DNA of 62,937 nucleotides, the filler included, from Octopus bimaculoides (taxonomy: Eukaryota), in the NCBI RefSeq assembly GCF_001194135.2. It is 4 parts of 4 records of this genome, joined end to end, with 100 filler letters (N's around TTAATTAATTAA, not from the genome) between each part and the next. Parts side by side here need not be neighbours in the genome. Positions count along the whole stretch, not along the records: positions 11,953 to 36,092 come from NC_068996.1; 3 more parts are not named here. One strand, written 5' to 3'. Numbering within the stretch: the first letter of the stretch is position 1; each line of letters opens with the position of its first letter. The notes beneath the pieces were generated by a model. The model saw only the letters and a list, made by a program, of their open reading frames with translations, did no database searches and was not told the origin of the DNA. Below are positions 13,338 through 26,973 of the stretch, one piece after another. The translations under genes were made by a program, and so were the position numbers.

Positions 13338-16300
13338 TAATAATAATACTTTCTTTATTGGCCAATAGGTTCGAACACAAAACATAGGACGATACGCAGT
13401 CGAGGGACAGTGGGGTTTAATGTGTAAACAGCAGAAAGAAAACACACCAATTAACAAGGAGATTAAAACAAAAAATGCACTTCCCAATAGGGTGTTTTAC
13501 ACCGAGAGCTGACCAAAGCAATCTGAAACACTTTGGACCCCACTAACCCCAAAGGCAGCTCAGGTAGGCACTCTTCTCATTCCATCCGGACTACAGGCGT
13601 TCCCTAAGAGTAGGCCCATTCTTTCCAAATTTACCCACCTCTCAACGAACTTACTGGGTGACAACACTTCCCTCTCCAGCCTCACTTTCCTTTACAGGTG
13701 GAATCTGAAAATGGCAATGAGGCCTTGGCCGAAGAAGAAGGTACCCGTCTTCAACCCTTTCAGTCCACCACACAACTTCTTTCACCATATCCACCAGACA
13801 GAGAAAGACTGCCTGTCCGTCCCGGCCAAAGGAAGGAGACAGGGCGATCTTCACGATGAACTCGAATAATAGCCGGATCCGTCCTACACCTAACAATAAC
13901 TGGTCGACGAAGCTCCACAAGTCAGCAATGCGTGAACACTGTACGAGAGCATGCAGAACGATTTCATCGCTCCGTGTGCATCTCGGAGAAGCCTGTCTGA
14001 CTGCACACCCGTGCCTGAGAAGCTTATTGAGAACCGGTAATATCTGCCAGGTCAGGTATTTCTAGAAGTTGTCCATGGGCCCCGGCCCGAATGTCCTCTG
14101 AAATAGACTATTCTGTTGATTTTCCTCGACGCCAGGACCTCTCCGAGAACATCGTGTCTCTTGCCCTCTACTAATCCCCTATAAAATTCCAAGGTGGAAC
14201 TTCCACCAACCGCATTGCCCGACTGGCCGAGAACTATGAGCGCATGGAGACACTCTTGGTGCCAAACGCCCTTCCTCAGTCTACCTCTGATCTGAGACTG
14301 TCGCTCTGTCAAGGAGACGAGCTACGGAAAAGCGTGTCCAACAAACGACGACCACACCTGCTCACCTTCAAGGTATTGCTGGATATGTCGCAGCCTCAGC
14401 GCATGTCTGCGCATCATCAACCACGGCATGCCCTGTCCTCCACTCAGCGGATGCTGACAGCAAATGGACCGTCTGACAAGTAGTACCTGTCCGTTCCAAA
14501 GGAAGCAGAAAAGCAAGTGCACCAGCCTGTTCAGCTACGAAGTGGAGCAAGAGTTGACATTCAGGTGACAGTATATGCTGAATGCGATGTACGTATTCGC
14601 CACCTGCACCCGACCTTTCAGGGATAACTTCCTCATGGCCGACATCTGGATGAGACGGGCCATCCTGTCTGTCATCTCGAACCAGTTTTCGTTCACTTGG
14701 AGGTCCGGACCGAACCAGACGTCGAACATCTTAAATGGTCCTTCCGTCCAGCACCCCACAACACTATCTGTCGGCAAGGATCTGCCTTTGCAGGTGCGAA
14801 ACTGCAAGCCCACTAACATTTCCTGGTTAATCATTGCTCCTGTCACCACTTCGTATTTCTTTACGGTAGTGCCGACCATCTCAATTTCTGAGACTCCGAC
14901 ACTATCACAGTCATGTCGTCCGCATATGCCGACACGTATATTTCACATCCTAGTTCTCGCGGGATGTCCCTCGAAACAGCCAGCTTCCGCAGTAGTGGTT
15001 TGAGCGCCAGTACGTAGAAAAGGGATGAGAGCGGGCATCCTTGACAGACCGAAGTGCGATGCTAAATGATTCGGACAGGTGGCCATTTAATTGAACACTG
15101 TACATTGCAGCGATCCAGCCTCTGAGAACTGGACCGAAACCAACCACCTTAAGGACAGCCTCCAAATACTGATGGTCGACCCTATCGAAGGCTTTCGATT
15201 AATCTAAATTGATCAGGGCCGCACCCATGCCAGGTTTTTTACTAGCCTGTTGTAAATGACTGAGCAGATTTGCGAGGCAGAGGCACCCATCTTTCCTATC
15301 CGCTAGCCCCACCCAATCCACACGTGCATCCAATATGGCGTTCTAGTCGCCCAGTAACATCAAGGAACGAGACGTCTCTAGAAAGATCTCCAAACGTCTG
15401 AAGAAATGAGGCAGCCCCAATCCAGTCGAAGCATTACACAGCGACCATTCTAAAAGTACTGCTTTCATTCTCTTTCTGGGCCCAGGTAGACCAACCGTAT
15501 CTTGAGATCCAGACCTTTTCTGAACAACACCACCCCCACCCCTCATTCCTGGTCGACTAAAAGATGCAAATATCTCTAAATCGTCAAAAATGGGTGTTAA
15601 GTTGCGTGTGTCCGCAATCTTGGTTTCACTGATGGCTATCCAAATTCAGCCATCTGAGGTCAAGGAGCAAGCGACCTTGCTTCCAGGACGACCCCAAGCC
15701 ACGTCCATTTATGCAACGTACTCTTAGCACCGCCATATTGGCCTAAAAGGAAGGAAACAATTATGAGGAGTGTTACCCTCCTGGAGTCGTTGGAGATCGG
15801 TTGATCCCACCTCCATTTCTTCGTTGTATACCTTTGGGAACCCTCCTTGAAGCCTTGCATTAGCGTTTACTTGCGGGATCTCTGCATCATCTGGAAATGC
15901 TTCCCTAATTGTTTGGAAAGTGTCCAAATCCATCCTAACCATCATTATGTCCTTCGGTATGTTGATTGATCCAAATTGAGCAGGGTCCCCACTTTTTTTC
16001 AGTGGCTTCCCTTCGTGAAAAAAGAGCCATCAGTCTTTTGTTGGCCCTCCTTGCTAACACAAAGTTAATTGCCTGCTTCGTTGTTTTTTGCTGGTCTTGT
16101 TGCGTTTGTAGTGTGAGTTTCCTTTTGGGAATTTTTTTCTGTCTGCAGTGGTTGGAGTGCTTTAGCTGATGATTGTTGCGTTTGTTGTGGGTGTGTGTGT
16201 AGTTTTTATTTTCTTGTTTTGGTGCAGGATAAGATGTCTCACCTTTGTGACTCCTTATCGTTTTCCTTTTATCTACTCTGCCCCCTTCATCATCACTTTT

Positions 16301-17245
16301 CAATGTGTACAACCAGTGTCTGTTGCAACCTCCTCTTCTAAGCGTGGAAGTGATTTCGTGTTTGTATGTGTATCTTTTATTGTGTTCTTGTTTGTGAGTT
16401 GTTGAGCTTGGTTGTGAGGCGTTAGTTTTTGTGGTTGACCTCTCCGACAGTTTTCCTGCTGGAGCTGTTGTTGCGCGAATCACCGCCGCTGCCGCCATTG
16501 CTGTTATTTTTGCTGCTTACCCTGTTGTTGTTGGTAACATTTCTACTGCTGGTGCTGTTTCTTTTTGTTTTTTTTTTAGCTTTGGTGTTGGTGACAAAGG
16601 AGGTCCACTGACCCCTGTGCCTTTTTGTTCAGAGCAGCGTGCTTGTAGGAATGTTGCTTCGCCTCAAGTGAAGCAATGAGGCCTTTGTTTTCGGTGATCA
16701 GAGGGAATTTCGTCCCGTCTTTGAGGCGGACATGGTCTGGAATATTCTCCAAGTCTTGCCGTTTTATTTAGATTAGCATTTCTAAATCCATCCCAGTCAG
16801 TCTTCTCTTTGTGGACTTTTAGGAGGACGGTATCTGTGCCCTCCGCGATAAAATCCCAGGAGCCACTACATGTTGATATCTGGTAATATTCTGGGGACTC
16901 GAACCTTTATTGTTCTTCTGCTCATGTAGAACGGGTACATCATAAGCTGGTCAGTTTTACGGGCCGTACCGAATGCTTCGTGCCAGTTCTTCTGTTTTTC
17001 AAATGACCGAGGTGGTACCAAAACTTTGGATGAATTCGACATCTTCTCTGATTGATCCCAGTGCCATCTCCACCTGAAGATGGGAGGGTTGTTCCACTCT
17101 CCAAGACTGCACTAAGACGCACTTATATATTACTCCTCTTCTCAATTTCTACGCCCACTTCAGCTGGGATTGTAAGGTTTGCCCAGGTTTTTTCACTTTT
17201 TATGAGTTTGTGGACCAGGACTATTATCTCTCTTTTGTTATAATT
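13338..17245 (-). mobile_element. Tx1/L1-like LINE (copy 2): partial ORF1, APE endonuclease, RT, C-terminal domain; degenerate
   Basis: RT motifs LINLD*SKAFDRVDH, GFGPVLRGWI and VQLNGHLSESF; endonuclease segment FFRRLEIFLETSRSLMLLGD; AATAAA and TTA tail at about 13340-13360; many stops and frameshifts. Confidence 0.85.
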
Positions 17246-17249
17246 GTTT

Positions 17250-18900
17250 AACTCATTTCGCAGCAGCTGCTGCAAAGGTACTTCCTTATTCTGTTCTCGC
17301 TGTTAATGGTGGGGGTGGAATAGTTCACATTGTTACTGACATTGTTACTTCCAGATACACCAGCCTCTCTGTTGCTGATGCTGAAGTTGGTATTGGCTGT
17401 TATGCTCTGTGGAGATTTTGTGTGTTCTCTGCTTTGTTTGTAGGGGGCTTTTCGTATTCGTTCATCTTCACTACTGCAAGATGAGAGGTCTGTGGCTGTA
17501 AGCGTGCTTGTGTCTGTGTTTCTGTTGTTATGCATGTGTGTATTTCTTTTTTTTTTGTGAGAAGAGTGGGAGAGCTTTCCTCGTTTTATCCTTGGATTGT
17601 CAATGTCTTTGGTGGTGTTTCCTTTCGTGTTGTTGCTGATGGTTATGCTGGCGCTGGTTTTGGTTGTGGTTCGCGTCGCGGCGTAGGCAGCAATAGAGGC
17701 CGTCCATCGCTTAAAGCTCTTATCCGTTTAGAGCAGTAGGATCGCAAATGGGTTGTTTCTGCACAAACGAAACGATGTCGCCTTTTGTCCTCAGTCATTA
17801 TGTATATCACCGTCCCGTTCTGGAGACGGATGTGGTCCGGGATTCTTTTTCCATTTTCTGGCCCGATCTGTAGAAGTATCAACCGCGGGTCAGTCCTCCC
17901 TGGCAGTTTTTTCACCTATATCAAGACGGTATCCATCGCTTCCTCAGTTACGCATTCCAGAATCCATCGCATATCAAGTCTTGGCGGAACTCTGGGAATG
18001 CGGACAGGTGCTGTTCGGTTTCCCATATGGGAAGGGTACATTATGAGCTTACTGGTTTCGTAAGGGATCATTGAATGTTTCATAATGAGGACTTCATAAT
18101 TAAACAACACCGAAATGGTGCTGTATTGTTTGCCCCTCGCTGTGTACTCGATATGATCTCATGCACCTCAGCGCAGCTTCAATATCTGCTAAGGCACTTA
18201 AACTCGCTATTTTTGTTTCTGCTGAGATGCATCAGAAATGTACCGTTCTTCGCTCAACTGTTTCGATGGCCTCCACCAGGACAATTAATTTGGCCCTGGT
18301 TTGCTCTTGCTTCATGAGCTTCCAGGCCTGTGCCAACTTTTGATCATTTTTTTTTTTTGTGAGGTCCATGCTGAAGTGAGGTCTCTTTGTGGCTGCTGCC
18401 GCAGTGACCTTGTTCTCGTTGTCAGTAATGTTGGTAATGTTCTCGATTTTCTCGTCGTTTTTGTTGTTGGTGTTGGTTTTGTCGGTGTTGGTTTTGTTGC
18501 TGCTGTTTTTGTTGGTGGTGTTGACACCTTTACTAGTGTTATTGTTGTTGTCATCTTACTGCTGCTGTTGCTGTCTCTCATGTTGTTTTTGTTGCTACCG
18601 CTACAACTGCTGTTGTTAATGCTGTCACTCATGTTGCTGCTGTCACTGCTGTTGTCGATGTTGCCACTGCTGTTACAACGTTTCGGACTTTGTACTTTTT
18701 CACTCGCGCTTTTCTCTTCCCCCTCTCCCATATTGTTGCCAGTAACAGAGGGAAAGGAGATAATCTTCAGCAAGTAGCAGATCTGCAGGGATAGTGTGAA
18801 GTTTTTCTCAACCCTTTCAAGACACGCTCCGCCATCTTGTTGAGTAGCATTCAATTAGATTGATTAAACGCCCACGGAACTTATTCGGTGGGTCAAATAT
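17250..18900 (-). mobile_element. Tx1/L1-like LINE ORF1 region (extra copy)
   Basis: MYPSHMGNRTAPVRIPRVP and the degenerate zinc knuckle HRFVCAETTHLRSYC, homologous to ORF1 at 49492-49932. Confidence 0.8.
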
Positions 18901-19060
18901 AGTCCCACCCCCGAGTAGCTAAACAAACACAGATAACCAGCGACAGATTCCTGGTGTTTCTATTAACGTCTAAGAATAAAGTGAATAATGAACAAAAAGC
19001 ACCAAACGCGTGTAAATAATTGTTTAAAAATTGAACCCAGCTGGAGCGCTTGAAGACAGC

Positions 19061-19127
<67 letters not shown>

Positions 19128-19700
19128 TATTCCTATTTCTATTTAGCTACTGTAATGAAAAGACCGCTTTACCGGCCAAAGAAAGTCAGTTAAAATTTTT
19201 CTTGTCTCTCTTTTCTTTTTTAACTTTTGTTTAACTTCTCAAAATATCATTATATAGATATTGTAATCAAAAGACCGCTTTGCCACGAGGCCGATGCGAT
19301 ACTACCTCTTCCCCGTATTTAAACTAGGAACCAGAGAATTTTGATCTTCGGTAGGAACGTCGGCGACTAAACCGGCAACACCATTGAGCTTGCTCTGTGA
19401 GGAGGGTGTATGTTTCATACATTTTGGACACCCTACAGGAAGAAAAAAAACAAGACCTGTATAAAGGCTAATGAAATCTTACGTGGCAACGGCCACCAAA
19501 ATAGCATATACCTCAGAGGCAGAAGCAATCATAAAACTTGAACTCCCCCTCTAGGAGACGGAAGCTCCAAAAATTATACCAGGATTACAGGAATCCTATC
19601 ATTGATGTAGATCCTGTCATTGGTGTAGATCCTGTCATTAATGGAGTCACGGAAAAAAAATATTGGTGGTTGTGCAACCTAAAATTCACTAACCCTCATC

Positions 19701-20060
19701 ATGAGTGCTGAAAAGTCAAATAAAAATAGAAATAGAAATGAGAACGGCGTGAATGAGGCTGGAACACTTTGTGAAAGTTTCTCGCTCGGCGGGTGCCCCA
19801 CGGGTGAGCAGCGTGGGCCCAGTCGTCATCAAGCAACTGCTAAAAGAAGGTGGACAAAAGAATCAAATGTGTCGGTAATGGAGTGCTACTTTCTGGGTAA
19901 TCTGGGAAATGATAATGAAGTACCCGCTGGGGGATATAGGGAAAGAATGCACCAGGCATGGACCGACAGAGACCTATTTGAATTAAGTGAACAAAATCTG
20001 TGTGACCAAGCTGGAGCCACCAAGAAACGGGTGCTTAGGGATAGTAAGACCAGCGGTGAA
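19701..20060 (+). mobile_element. N-terminal region of R4/Dong-like RLE retrotransposon ORF
   Basis: KRRWTKESNVSVMECYFL...GYRERMHQAW...LSEQNLCDQA resembles the N-terminal block of R4-clade ORFs; preceded by (AAT)n at 19061-19128. Confidence 0.65.
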
Positions 20061-20067
20061 CGGAAAT

Positions 20068-20165
<98 letters not shown>

Positions 20166-20464
20166 GTTGTTGTTGTTGTTTTCTCTTTGTTACTTTCACA
20201 AGGTGTTCCAGCCTCATTCACGCCGTTCTCATTTCTATTTTAATTTGACTTTTCAGCACTCATAAATAAGTTACTTTTGAGTTGCGCTTTTTGTCATTAA
20301 GTTGGCCGTGGTGATGGATTACGTTAGCTATGTTTACCTTGGTGATGGATTGTGGCAATCGTATACAAAAGTAAAGAACTCTTCTCTCTATCTATTATAT
20401 TTCTGCTGAGTTACTTCAGTCCTTTATATAAACTAATAATGATAATAATAATAATAATAATAAC

Positions 20465-21065
20465 GAATGCCCTAGACTTCCCAAAACCACTACAGGTTGC
20501 GCCGACACGACCAGATAGCGAAAGTTCTATATTGGAAAGGGTGCGAAAAGTGGAGGCTAGAGAAAGGCAAGACGTGGTGTGAGCATAAACAGCAGAGAGT
20601 GGTGGAGTCGGAGACTAGCAAACTCCTCTTGAATTTCTCAATCCAAATAGATCCGGTGCTAGAGCATAACAGACCGGACTTAGTGGTAGTGGACACGATG
20701 CACCACATGTGCTATATAGTTGATGTTTCATGTCCCTTTGATCCATTAATAGTCAAAAAGGAAGCCGAAAATATAAATAGATACAACCCGCTGAAGTACG
20801 AAATAGTTCGGCAATGAAAATGGAAGAAGGTGAAGATATTGTTGGATCTTTGAGAACAGTATCAGAAGGCATCACGAAGAATATAAAGGAACTTGGAATA
20901 GAGTGCCTAGTAGGACTGTTACAAAAGAATTGCTTCCTTGGCACAGCCAGATTAATCAGAAAAGTATTAGAAAGATGAAGAGAACGAATAGCACAGTACC
21001 GTAGGCTGCACGTAGGAAAGCAGCTACTCATGTAAAACTCCAGGAGCTCCAACAAAATCTGTAAC
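20465..21065 (+). mobile_element. RLE endonuclease domain and 3' end of R4/Dong-like element
   Basis: RRHDQIAKVLYW...EHNRPDLVVVD...IVDVSCPFD...KEAENINRY...LGTARLIRKVL; followed by (CAA)n(TAA)n. Confidence 0.85.
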
Positions 21066-21105
21066 AAAGAGAAACAACAACAACAACAACAACAACAATA
21101 ACAAC

Positions 21106-21172
<67 letters not shown>

Positions 21173-21579
21173 TAATAACAACAACAGTTTGCTTCAATAA
21201 CGATAATAATAATTTGGTTCAATATTTTTCTCCTAGATTGTCATTCTCTGTAATGCTCACCCTGTCTCTTTTTAAAAATTTCTTGTCGCCATCACATACC
21301 AGCTCTTTAAGAGCTTCAATTGCGTTGATGTCCAAGAATTGGTTGGAAAAGTGCCTCAAGTTACCACCTCAGTAATCTAGGTTTAATGCTACTAAATATA
21401 TATATTGAAAATGTATATCTATATGTTAATCTATCTAACTATTTAAGATCGTACGCAATAACGTGTACTAAATAATCACCATTAAGAGAACTTTACCTGC
21501 AAAACACGTTTTCTTATATAACTTACAGACTTATATCCCATACATAATTATGTATGTATGTATCTCTCTCTCTCTCTCA

Positions 21580-21617
<38 letters not shown>

Positions 21618-23175
21618 CTCTCTCTCTCTCTCTCTCTCGTGTAGTCTCTCTCGCACACTTTCTCACTCTCTTAGTCTCTGTCTTTCTCTCGTTCTCTTTC
21701 TCCGTGTGTGTGTGTGTGTATGTACAGATATATACATATACATGCATACCTATATGATATACGTATGTATACATATAGATAGATTCTGTGTAGTGTAAAA
21801 TGATGCTAGGGTGTTTGCTGTCTCTTAGTGATTATGTCTGGCATGTTAGTGTTAATGAGTTTGCGTTTGTGCAGTGTATGATAGTGCTGTTCTATATTGT
21901 ATGGAGTTGCGACTATGCATATTGTGGCCTATGTGTGATATGCATCGTAGTGCTGCTTGTGAAGTATGGCTGTGTCGTGTAGTACAGGAAGAGTTAATGC
22001 AGTATATTATAGACTGCTATTGTGAAATGTGACTGATGCTTCGTGTACTGGTATAAGTATGAGATTGGGAGTCTCATAAAAGAGGAAGAACTTCCTGTTT
22101 ATTGAAAGGAATTGTGTGATTTTTTATTTTTTTATTTTTATATTAGTGACTTCATATTACAAAGTAGCGTTAGTTTGTTCAACGATGTATCCACGCATAT
22201 CTGTTTTTTCGTATTTGAATTTCGATTCAACAGCTATCTCAATCGATATTTCGGGAAAATTTTAATACTTTTCTTCATAGAACTCAAACGTTCCGAATAG
22301 TAAAACCTTTCTATTTAAAAACAGAAAAGTATCATTTGCTATCAAAAGAAGCCGCTACTTAATCATGTGACTCCTTTGAAAGACATTCAACCAAGACTAG
22401 TTTATTTCGTCCATATACATTTTTTCTTTAATAATACAATTTTTAGCAGGCAATCCATGGGTACACAGCCATTTATGAATTTGTTTTATTTTATTTTATA
22501 TAATATTTTTTATTCTGTTTTATGTTTTTTGATTTTATTGAGTTGTTCTTTGTTTTAATGTAATGTTATTTTTCATGAAATTGTTGTGCAGATTTACTTA
22601 GATCTATTTCAAAGAAATTAATGGAGGTAAAGGAAGCAAGGAAGAAGAAAGAGGAGGAGAAAAGGAGGGAGAGAAAGAAAATTAAAACGCAGAAGAATGC
22701 TGTTAATTCGATGACAAAAAAAATGATATATTTTTGAAAATTTTACATTAAAATTTTGAATGCTATTCTTTAAACTTTATCGCAACCATCACCCTTACCA
22801 GAAACACTAACATTAATATTTTAAAGCAGCACTCGTCAGTAGCACCACTTCCACAACCACTGTTATCACTTATACGACCATCACCACCACCATGATCAAA
22901 GCCACCAGGGTGCCGCCAAAATTGCAATGACGATTTTAAGGCTAGTGCCATCAAAATCATTAACAATATCATCAATATTGTCATCATTGCAGCGAGAGAC
23001 CCTGAATGTGAACTGAAAATAGCAGTCAAATATCATTCAATTCCTATCCAGCTCTTTTGCATGAAGAAAGTACTTATTGGATAAACCTAGTCACAAACAT
23101 CTCTTAATATAAGGTCTTTTAATGAAAAGAAGACATTTCAGGCTTAAAAGTGCTCGATCAACAAACATTTAATAC

Positions 23176-23223
<48 letters not shown>

Positions 23224-23641
23224 NNNNNNNNNNNNNNNNNNNNNNNNNNNNNNNNNNNNNNNNNNNNNNNNNNNNNNNNNNNNNNNNNNNNNNNNNNNNN
23301 NNNNNNNGGGTGAGAGAGAGAGAGAGAGAATTAGGCAAAACCGAAGGAAGTGGCATTCATCACATTCGGTAGGTATTATTTGCGTTATATATTTAAAAAC
23401 AATTTGATTCGACAAATTGTGCATCTTAAAGTTTCGTAGGCTCGCTCATAAAAACTAGAGAAGATTTCCGGATATTGACTTTGGTCAACACACGTCACAC
23501 GTTGTTACTAACGCAGTGTTATTGACATAGAAGTGACAACAGATTCAAATTGAATTCCAAGGATCACATGGTTGGTCAGGAAGTCGATGGGAATCATTGG
23601 CGCGCGTACTTGTGCACGAGTATATCTGCGTCTGCGTGTAA

Positions 23642-23685
<44 letters not shown>

Positions 23686-23774
23686 ATGTGTGTATGTGTG
23701 TGTGCGTGCGTGTGAGTGTGTGTATGTTCGAGAATGTATGAGAGCGAATATGTGTGCACCAGTATCTGCAATAT

Positions 23775-24164
23775 CAGCCGCTTCCCATTGCTGGTCTGGC
23801 ATCTACATACTAGTTTCGGGGTATTGCCCCATTGACAAGGGGCAATATCGGCAACACAACTAACAACAATGAAAACAAAAACAAGAGCAAAAACAACAAC
23901 AGCATCCTCGACGATGGCAACAGCGTGGGTAAAAACACAAACACGGTGAGTTACAAGTACGGTACATAAAGTCGGGTTCAAAGGTAACAGGAGCTCAATG
24001 CATTTGGGAACGAGGATGAGGGGAAGTTCATAGTGCTACTATCAACAATGATACACACACAGACATACAGACACACACACACAAGCACAGACGCATGTGT
24101 ATTGACAAGGGGCTATACCCCGAAACTAGTCTGTATATGCCAGACCAGCAAGGGGAAGCGGCTG
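23775..24164. repeat. 56-bp inverted repeat pair (interrupted hairpin or MITE-like)
   Basis: 23775-23830 is the reverse complement of 24109-24164 with 4 mismatches. Confidence 0.85.
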
Positions 24165-24350
24165 ACCTCCCCTGTTCGAAGATTATAATGGACACAGGTT
24201 CGTGTGTCACATAGATTAGCTAGAGGCGATGGCCTCTTGGAGCTAATCAACGGCAGCATTCGTCCTATTTTTTGGACTGCTATGAAGGGAGAGATAGGTA
24301 GATAGATTGATAGATAGATGGAAGGATAGCTAGCTAGCTAGCTAGCTAGC

Positions 24351-24418
<68 letters not shown>

Positions 24419-24434
24419 GATTAAGGTATAGATA

Positions 24435-25305
24435 TACAAGTTGCAGTGAATAAACTGTCGTCTAAATTACGCAAAAATGAAAATAACACTGACATTTCAT
24501 TTTAACAGATATATTTACCAAAATTACATAAAAATATCTTGAAATCCTAAAGAGTAAATTTATTTATTCAATAAAATCGCCATTGTCTTTAACCACGACC
24601 TCTAGACGATTTCAGAATCTCCTGCAACTCTTCTGAACAGTCTCCTTGTTCAAGTTGGTGAATGCTGCCATAATCCTTGCCTTCAGTTCATCTTTGATGT
24701 TACAAGCAGTTTTGCTGGTCCCTCGCTCAACTGTGCCCCACAAATAATAATCATGGGGGTTGCAGTTTGGGGAGTCAGGTAATCAGATGTTAGGGGGGAT
24801 GTGGTTGCAGAAATTGTCCGACAGCCATGACTGGGTTCTCTAGCTGGTGTGGCATGGGGCAGAGTCCTGTTGCCTGACACAGGGTCTCCAAGCAGCTACC
24901 CTCCTCATGGCAGCACTAACTCCTCCAGGCACTTAATGTAGGCCTCCGTGTTAAGTTTAAGGCCGTGTGGGAAGATGAATGGAGGCATAAGTGATCATTA
25001 GTGATCACTCCAAACACCATCATGTTGAATGGTTGTTTGACTTTTATCACGCTCGGTACATGTTTTGGGGACACGGCAACGGTTGTTCCGTCTGTTCATA
25101 TTGGAGCTTCCTGCGCGAATGCCAAGCTCTATAGTAAGTCGTTTCCGAATTTCTGGCAGAGTGAATTGCGTCACAGTGGTGTTTTTCTCACAGGCAGTGC
25201 GCAACTGCCCCTAAAAAACTGAGTAGTTGACAAATTCAAAAACAGACACTGCACATGCGCGAAATTAAAAACAATATGGCGACAATTTACCCGTTGCACC
25301 CTGTA
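24435..25305 (-). mobile_element. Internally deleted Tc1/mariner-superfamily (maT/DD37D-like) transposon
   Basis: Minus strand WLSDNFCNHIPPNIWLPDSPNCNPHDYYLWGTVER...KDELKARIMAAFTNLNKETVQKSC. Degenerate TIRs tacagggtgcaacgggtaaattgtcgcc and tacaagttgcagtgaataaactgtcgtc. Family assignment is by eye. Confidence 0.8.
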
Positions 25306-25792
25306 GATATATATGTATGCATATATATNNNNNNNNNNNNNNNNNNNNNNNNNNNNNNNNNNNNNNNNNNNNNNNNNNNNNNNNNNNNNNNNNNNNNNNN
25401 NNNNNNNNNNNNNNNNNNNNNNNNNNNNNNNNNNNNNNNNNNNNNNNNNNNNNNNNNNNATATATATACGTAGACACACACATGCACACACACTCACACA
25501 CAGATATATTAAAGTGAAACCTTACTGTGAACCGTCTCTCTCCCTTCTCCTTTGCTGGCCCTTGTGTATCTTTCTTCTAACCTTCACTATCTTTCGTTTC
25601 TTCTCCCTTCTCCTCATTCCCTTTGTTTCTTGTTTTGCTCGTGTTTTGTGGCTATTTGTATTAGTTTTCCTTGCTTCTGGAGTAGGTATTTTTGCAGTCC
25701 TATGGTGGTTATTTTATAATAGTTTTCCAGCTGTATAAAACCCCGGCCACCTTCTGTGCGTTGTATATATAGCCTTTCTATGTCAGATTTTA

Positions 25793-25975
25793 GGTGGCAG
25801 AATCGTTGGTATAGCGGTTAAAATGCATAGCGGTATTTCGTCCGTCTTCACGTTTTGAGTTCAGATTCCGTCGAGATCGACTTTTCCCTTCATCCCATCG
25901 GGGTCAATGAAATAAGTACCAGCTACATACTGGGTCGATGTAAACGACTCATCCTCTCTCCCATAGCTCCAAATT
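25793..25975 (+). mobile_element. SINE family A copy (diverged)
   Basis: ggtggcagaatcgtt...gttttgagttcagattccgtcgagatcgac...aagtaccag. Confidence 0.75.
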
Positions 25976-26008
25976 TCCAAGATTATTATCATTATTACTA
26001 TTATTATT

Positions 26009-26103
26009 GTTCAGTAGTTTTATTTTTATAATGTGCTTTCACTTCAGTAACGAGCGCAACTCTGTGCGCCTTGGGTATGTGCTGTGGTTTGCTGTGATGC
26101 TCT
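26009..26103 (-). mobile_element. 3' UTR fragment of R4/Dong-like family
   Basis: Reverse complement of about 12160-12254; embedded in (TAT)n. Confidence 0.75.
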
Positions 26104-26107
26104 ATTA

Positions 26108-26169
<62 letters not shown>

Positions 26170-26215
26170 ATTATTATTATTATTATTAGTATTGTTGTTG
26201 TTGTTGTTGTTGTTG

Positions 26216-26264
<49 letters not shown>

Positions 26265-26538
26265 TCATGTTGTTGTTGTTGATGATGACAATAATGGTGA
26301 TATGATGATGATAAAGCTTTCTTTCTGCCTCTGCAAGATTCTTCCCAAATCTTTTGTATAGACACGTAATGTTGCTAAACCCATCATGTTTATATGTAAC
26401 TGGTCAGTTTCCTTTTGCATTATGTGTAATAATTTTTTCCTAAACTATCAAAAAAGTAACTTTGCTTGTGTCAATATCCTGCACACTCACTCAACTAGTG
26501 TTTGCAATATTGAGGTGCAGGTGCAATATTGAGGTAAA

Positions 26539-26774
26539 GGCGGCGTGCTGGCAGAAACGTTAGCACGCCGGCGAAATGCGTAGTAGTATTTCGTCTGTCT
26601 TTACGTTCTAAGTTCAAATTCCACCGAGGTCGACTTTACCTTTCATCCTTTCGGGGTCGATTAAATAAGTACCAGTAACGCACTGATATCGATGTAATCA
26701 ACTTAATCCCTTTGTCTGTCCTTGTTTGTCCCCCCCCCACCTATGTTTAATCGCTTGTGGGCTATAAAGAAATA
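26539..26774 (+). mobile_element. SINE family A copy
   Basis: Near full-length match to 47902-48132. Confidence 0.9.
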
Positions 26775-26973
26775 AATATTGAGTTGGAGTCGGCGTCTGT
26801 GGATATTATAATTTGCATACCTGATGATTTTCTCATAAATTATATTTTAATAAATGTTTTAATGTTTACATGTATTTTATGCAAATTCTCACTGCTCTTT
26901 GCTTTATATTATCATTTTATTTGGTGTGCGGATCTTGTGGCCAATAAAGAATTCTTCTTCTTCTTCCTCTTCT

